Source: Rhodosorus marinus CCMP1338
Lineage: Eukaryota; Plantae; Rhodophyta
Length of the DNA stretch: 64,000 nt
NCBI GenBank assembly: GCA_029953675.1
Contig: JAMWBK010000012.1
Span: 620,001 to 684,000, forward strand
Direction: 5' to 3'
Part shown: one piece after another, positions 59,090 to 64,000 of the stretch
Layout of the letters: every line of letters begins with the position of its first letter
How positions within the stretch are numbered: the first letter of the stretch is position 1
Notes under the pieces: generated by a model
Seen by the model: only the letters and a program-made list of their open reading frames with translations
What the model was told of the DNA's origin: nothing
The model's database searches: none
Translations under genes and position numbers: made by a program

Positions 59090-60117
59090 TCGTCCTGCGC
59101 CTGAACCTGTTCTAGGGGAGATTGACCCAGTGGTTGCCGCAGAAGAAGAAGTTCCAGTTGATCCTCCTGATGATTCCCAGCGCGCTGGGAGCCGAGCTCA
59201 AGCACGCACGGATGCGCTGCAAAATATCCTTTCTTGGGACTTGCACCGTGCTGCATATGGCCGACTCCTCGCACAGATGGTCTCATCTTCTCGCGCTCGC
59301 GCCCGCCTACGTAGTCTTGGAGGGGTTATTAGCTCTCAGTGGCTCATGACCGTACCAGCCTTTCCGGCACTCACACTGTCGGATTTCGAAGTGCGTACTT
59401 CACTGCGCTTATACCTCGGCTTACATCAGCCCCCTTGGCCGTACGAGATGGGTTCGTCGTGCCCTCTCTGCTCTCAGACTGAAGACAACGCAGATTTTGG
59501 CGCCCACCTGCTCGCTAGTTGCCCGGCGGTGAAAGGTGCTCGAACCCGCCGCCACACACGGATCTTGAACCTGTTATACCGGGAACTTCGGCCTATAGTC
59601 CGGCAAGCCGGTCTGGAAATCGAACGTGAGAAACCTTTACCCGTCGCGGACTTTCAAAATGATGAACGCCGTGTAGCCGACCTGGTGATCACCTGTGACG
59701 ACAGCCGCCGTACCACATACGTTGATCTTGCTGTTCCTAACCCTCAAGCTAGTCGTTATCTCCCGGCTGCGGGGGAGCGCCGTGGATCTGCCGCCGCCAG
59801 CATGAGACGCCGCAAAGAGATCAAATACGCGGGGGCTTTGTCTTCCCCTGGTGTTCGTGCTTCGGCACTAGCACATCGCTTGGTACCCCTGATCATTGAG
59901 TGCTTTGGGTTCATGGACTCTGTTGGTTCTCGCTGGCTTCGGGAGTTGTTCCGCGAACGCCCTGACCGTCTTCAATCGTGGTTTACCCGCTTAAGTTTCC
60001 TGCTGTGGCGCATGAATGCCGCTTTGATGTTGGAGGCGCGAGTACTTCGCCGCGCTTAGTCTTTTTTTCCCCTCGGGGTTTTTTTTTCAGCCTCCGATTA
60101 AACCATTCGTTCGTTCG
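59090..60117 (+). mobile_element. 5'-truncated CRE family B copy
   Basis: ORF 59076-60059 is near-identical to 32162; tail cattcgttcgttcg. Confidence 0.92.
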
Positions 60118-60236
60118 AATCCATCAAAATTGGATTGACTAAGTTTTTAAATTTTTTTTGCACCCTTTTCATACATTTCTTACCCCTTGTGATTACCAGT
60201 GGTCGAGGAGGTGGTGGTGATAACGGTGATTTTACT

Positions 60237-61948
60237 GGGCTTTACTGGCTTTACTGGCTTTATTGGCTTTATTAGCATAAAAACTGGCTTTATTAGCATA
60301 GCCTACAGCGCTACGCAAACCGTGAAAAGGAACTAAGAACTAGGTAGGGAAGCGTGCAAACCCAGGCGCCGATGGCGCGCCTCGGCAAGCACCACCAAAG
60401 CTTTACTGGCTTTACTGGACTTTGCTGGACTTTACTAGCATAGCCTGAAGCGCTACGCAAGGCGTGAAGATGACCTAATAACTAGGGAGGGAAGCATGCA
60501 ACCCCAGGCGCCGATGGCGTGCCTCGGAAAGCATGTGGCTGGAATATCGCCAAAGGGAGACACTTAAACGCCTCAAGAGCGCCAAATATTCAGTAGGATG
60601 CTCAGCAAAACATTTCCGCAACCACTCTAAACCCGACTTATCGACGTGACCAAAGCTTTCCACAATGAATGGCTGGAACCGGTGAGAGCGACCCTCAGCG
60701 CAAGGCAGACTGGCCATGCTCTCAGCATACCGTCATTCCTTAACTCTTCGAAGGGCTGAAGCCGCGGCCCCCCGGCGGCGGGCGGCTGCGGTGAGTTGGG
60801 CGCTGGCCACGGGGCAGGTAATCGCTAGGTCCACATATGTTGAGCGTCTGGCAGCAGCGTCGGAGACGAGGAGATCGGCTATACAACGGGGCGGTGCAGA
60901 GTCCGAGATTGATCTGGGCAGTTCCGACTCAACCTCAACCGTATGCCCTATCCGAGTCAAAAATTCGCTGAGGATGTACTTGAGGCGAGTGTGACGCCTC
61001 GTACGGAGACCTCGCAACAGTCCGCAGGAACCCAGGAAGTGGTAGCCGCAAGCGTCAATCCGGCTCTCACATCCCTGACAGAAAGACGGTCGATTAGAGT
61101 GCCACGGAGCCTGTGGCAAACCGAGATAGATCCGTGCGGCAGAACGGAACTGGAAAGCATCGAGACGATGACTCAATGACGACGGTAGAGTGGTTAACCA
61201 CAAGTGCGAGAGGTGGCCTCCCATGCCGCGGAGACGAGCGGCAGTGGTAGGCGGTGTGAGAGGAGAATTGAGCATGACTGTGTGAGCGGCACTGTGTTGG
61301 CCCCAGGTGAGGCTATGTTGAATCACATCAGTGCGGGAGCTCCACAATCGGCTCAAACCCGGGTAGTCTGCAACAGGTGACCCGGGGCTAGCCTCTCCGT
61401 CATCGGCAAGAACTCGGTCGAGGGGAGAATCCTCAATCGCTTCAGCTCGTCCCCATAACAGCTCCCTCCAGGAACGAAAGCGGGACCGATTTGCGTCCGG
61501 CACGGCGTTGCACCTCCTGAACGCGTGTTGAAGACCATCATAAATTGTCAAAAGCGGGGGCGGCAGGGTCACTGGATCCTCTTTGGTCAAAGCTCGAGCC
61601 AAGAGGCAGGCACTTCGCATCTGGAAGGTCACCAACGTTCGCAGCGCGGTAGCCCAGGAGGCTTACTAGCATAGCCTGAAGCGCTACGCAAGGCGTGAAG
61701 ATGAACTAGTAACTAGGGAGGGAAGCATGCAACCCCAGGCGCCGATGGCGCGCCTCGGAAAGCATGTCGCTGGAATATCGCCAAAGGGAGACACTTAAAC
61801 GCCTCAAGAGCGCCAAATATTCAGTAGGATGCTCAGCAAAACATTTCCGCAACCACTCTAAACCCGACTTATCGACGTGACCAAAGCTTTCCACACTGGC
61901 TTTACTAGCATAGCCTGAAGCGCTACGCAAGGCGTGAAAAGGAACTAA
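60237..61948 (-). mobile_element. Head-to-tail array of 4-5 family A 3' fragments inside one 12-bp TSD
   Basis: ggtgattttact at 60225-60236 and 61949-61960; internal junctions at ~61895, ~61662, ~60398 and ~60285, each being tail followed by a 5'-truncated copy. Confidence 0.88.
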
Positions 61949-62278
61949 GGTGATTTTACTAACATACCCTTAAGAGCTACGCAGGGCAGAATCTCGCAGG
62001 AGTGCGAGATTCTGGACAGGATTTCTCGTTTCGACGACTCTCACCGGATAAGTCGCTGACTCTGTCTATCGGATTGGACGCTTTCCTGGGAGATCGAGAT
62101 TACGGTCAAGTTTCACCTTGCTCACGTGGTAGAATGCTGGGTATGCAGCTTTAACCTTTCCAGAAGGAGGTTGAAGCGATAAATCTTCCGATAGAACGAG
62201 CAGCCCTGTTCTAAAGCTCAATTGTTTGTTGGAAAGTTCCACTCGAAAGCTAAGGTAGGGATGGTAATGCATAAGGAT

Positions 62279-64000
62279 CGAACGAATGGTTTAATCGGAG
62301 GCTGAAAAAAAAAACCCGAGGGGAAAAAAAGACTAAGCGCGGCGAAGTACTCGCGCCTCCAACATCAAAGCGGCATTCATGCGCCACAGCAGGAAACTTA
62401 AGCGGGTAAACCACGATTGAAGACGGTCAGGGCGTTCGCGGAACAACTCCCGAAGCCAGCGAGAACCAACAGAGTCCATGAACCCAAAGCACTCAATGAT
62501 CAGGGGTACCAAGCGATGTGCTAGTGCCGAAGCACGAACACCAGGGGAAGACAAAGCCCCCGCGTATTTGATCTCTTTGCGGCGTCTCATGCTGGCGGCG
62601 GCAGATCCACGGCGCTCCCCCGCAGCCGGGAGATAACGACTAGCTTGAGGGTTAGGAACAGCAAGATCAACGTATGTGGTACGGCGGCTGTCGTCACAGG
62701 TGATCACCAGGTCGGCTACACGGCGTTCATCATTTTGAAAGTCCGCGACGGGTAAAGGTTTCTCACTTTCGATTTCCAGACCGGCTTGCCGGACTATAGG
62801 CCGAAGTTCCCGGTATAACAGGTTCAAGATCCGTGTGTGGCGGCGGGTTCGAGCACCTTTCACCGCCGGGCAACTAGCGAGCAGGTGGGCGCCAAAATCT
62901 GCGTTGTCTTCAGTCTGAGAGCAGAGAGGGCACGACGAACCCATCTCGTACGGCCAAGGGGGCTGATGTAAGCCGAGGTATAAGCGCAGTGAAGTACGCA
63001 CTTCGAAATCCGACAATGTGAGTGGCGGAAAGGCTGGTACGGTCATGAGCCACTGAGAGCTAATAACCCCTCCAAGACTACGTAGGCGGGCGCGAGCGCG
63101 AGAAGATGAGACCATCTGCGCGAGGAGTCGGCCATATGCAGCACGGTGCAAGTCCCAAGAAAGGATATTTTGCAGCGCATCCGTGCGTGCTTGAGCTCGG
63201 CTCCCAGCGCGCTGGGAATCATCGTGAGGATCAACTGGAACTTCTTCTTCTGCGGCAACCACTAGGTCAATCTCCCCTAGAACAGGTTCAGGCGCAGGAC
63301 GAATCCCGGGGCGGAGCCTCGAGAGCGGTCAAATACAGCTCGCCAGTCAGGAAGACGGGGTTGAACGGTTTCGGGGAGACTAGTACAGGAATTCAGGGCG
63401 GTTTGGAGCTCCAGAAACAAGTCTTGGGCGCTTTCCGGTACGCTGGGAAGCAAGACACCCCGCGAGAGGCTCGCCATCAAATTGCGGAACTTCGAGATAC
63501 CCAAGCTGCTCAAAGTGGGAAGTGCGGTTCCCCAGGCCCCTACTGCGGCTGCAGGTTGGACCACAACACGATTGCAGAGGCCCAGTCCCCCCAATCTCAA
63601 TGGGAGGCCTACCTGGGCGCGCACAACATCACAGGTGGGTCGCGGCAGAGCGCTCAGCTCTTCATCGAGAAAATACCCAAGGTCACGGAAGATTTCAGCA
63701 TCCGCACGAGTGGCCAACCACCGGCCCCAATGAGTTGGAAGTGAGCGGAGCCAATAGGTTAACCGCTGACTGCAACAATACCGAAACAGCAACAACGAGC
63801 ACTGGAGAAAGCCCGGAGGGAGCCGTCGAAGCTCTGCAACCAGCTGTCTGTGCTTACCGAGGATCTGCAGCAACTCGCCTTCAACGAAGGACGGCGACCC
63901 GTAGGGGATGCCTAAGTGGACAAAACCATCCGGTCTCCAAATATCCTGGAACGACGCAGGTACTTGCTGCTCTTGTGCAGCTACACCTCCCCAGTAGAAC
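62279..64000 (-). mobile_element. CRE family B copy extending past the window end (includes RT thumb)
   Basis: DGFVHLGIPYGSPSFVEGELLQILGKHRQL...SQRLTYWLRSLP, then ORF 62333-63262; one -1 frameshift at 63305-63307. Confidence 0.92.

Noticed and set aside
1-64000. tRNA, rRNA, snRNA or spliced-leader genes as CRE targets
   Set aside because: No recognisable structural RNA gene found by eye; tRNAscan-SE and an Infernal/Rfam scan would be needed to exclude diverged ones.

Overview
Eukaryotic, intron-poor genomic DNA. A red alga is my inference, from the Hog-type Hint proteins, compact genes and ~90-bp GT-AG introns; it is not proven. The left ~29 kb holds a secreted alkaline phosphatase (runs off the window start), an ABCG half-transporter, a tandem array of Hedgehog-like Hint-domain genes (2 intact, 1 internally deleted), two distantly related unknown secreted proteins (one with two introns) and decayed Copia and CRE-like retroelement debris. 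From ~29 kb to the end is an amplified region with six near-identical copies of an unknown 26-Cys secreted protein gene in strictly alternating orientation (-,+,-,+,-,+). These lie in overlapping multi-kb inverted duplications, densely interleaved with two CRE-clade non-LTR retrotransposon families (RT + CCHC finger + restriction-like endonuclease), here called A and B. The main result concerns family A. It ends in a conserved 7-bp stem-loop followed by a degenerate 9-10-nt tandem tail (A[AG]TAAAG[CT]CC, telomere-like in composition). It inserts, with 11-12-bp target duplications, exactly at the tail of older family-A copies, and it forms head-to-tail arrays of 5'-truncated copies. Family B has a U-rich 3' UTR, a (TTCG)n tail and no visible target specificity. 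All homology calls are by eye; no search was run.
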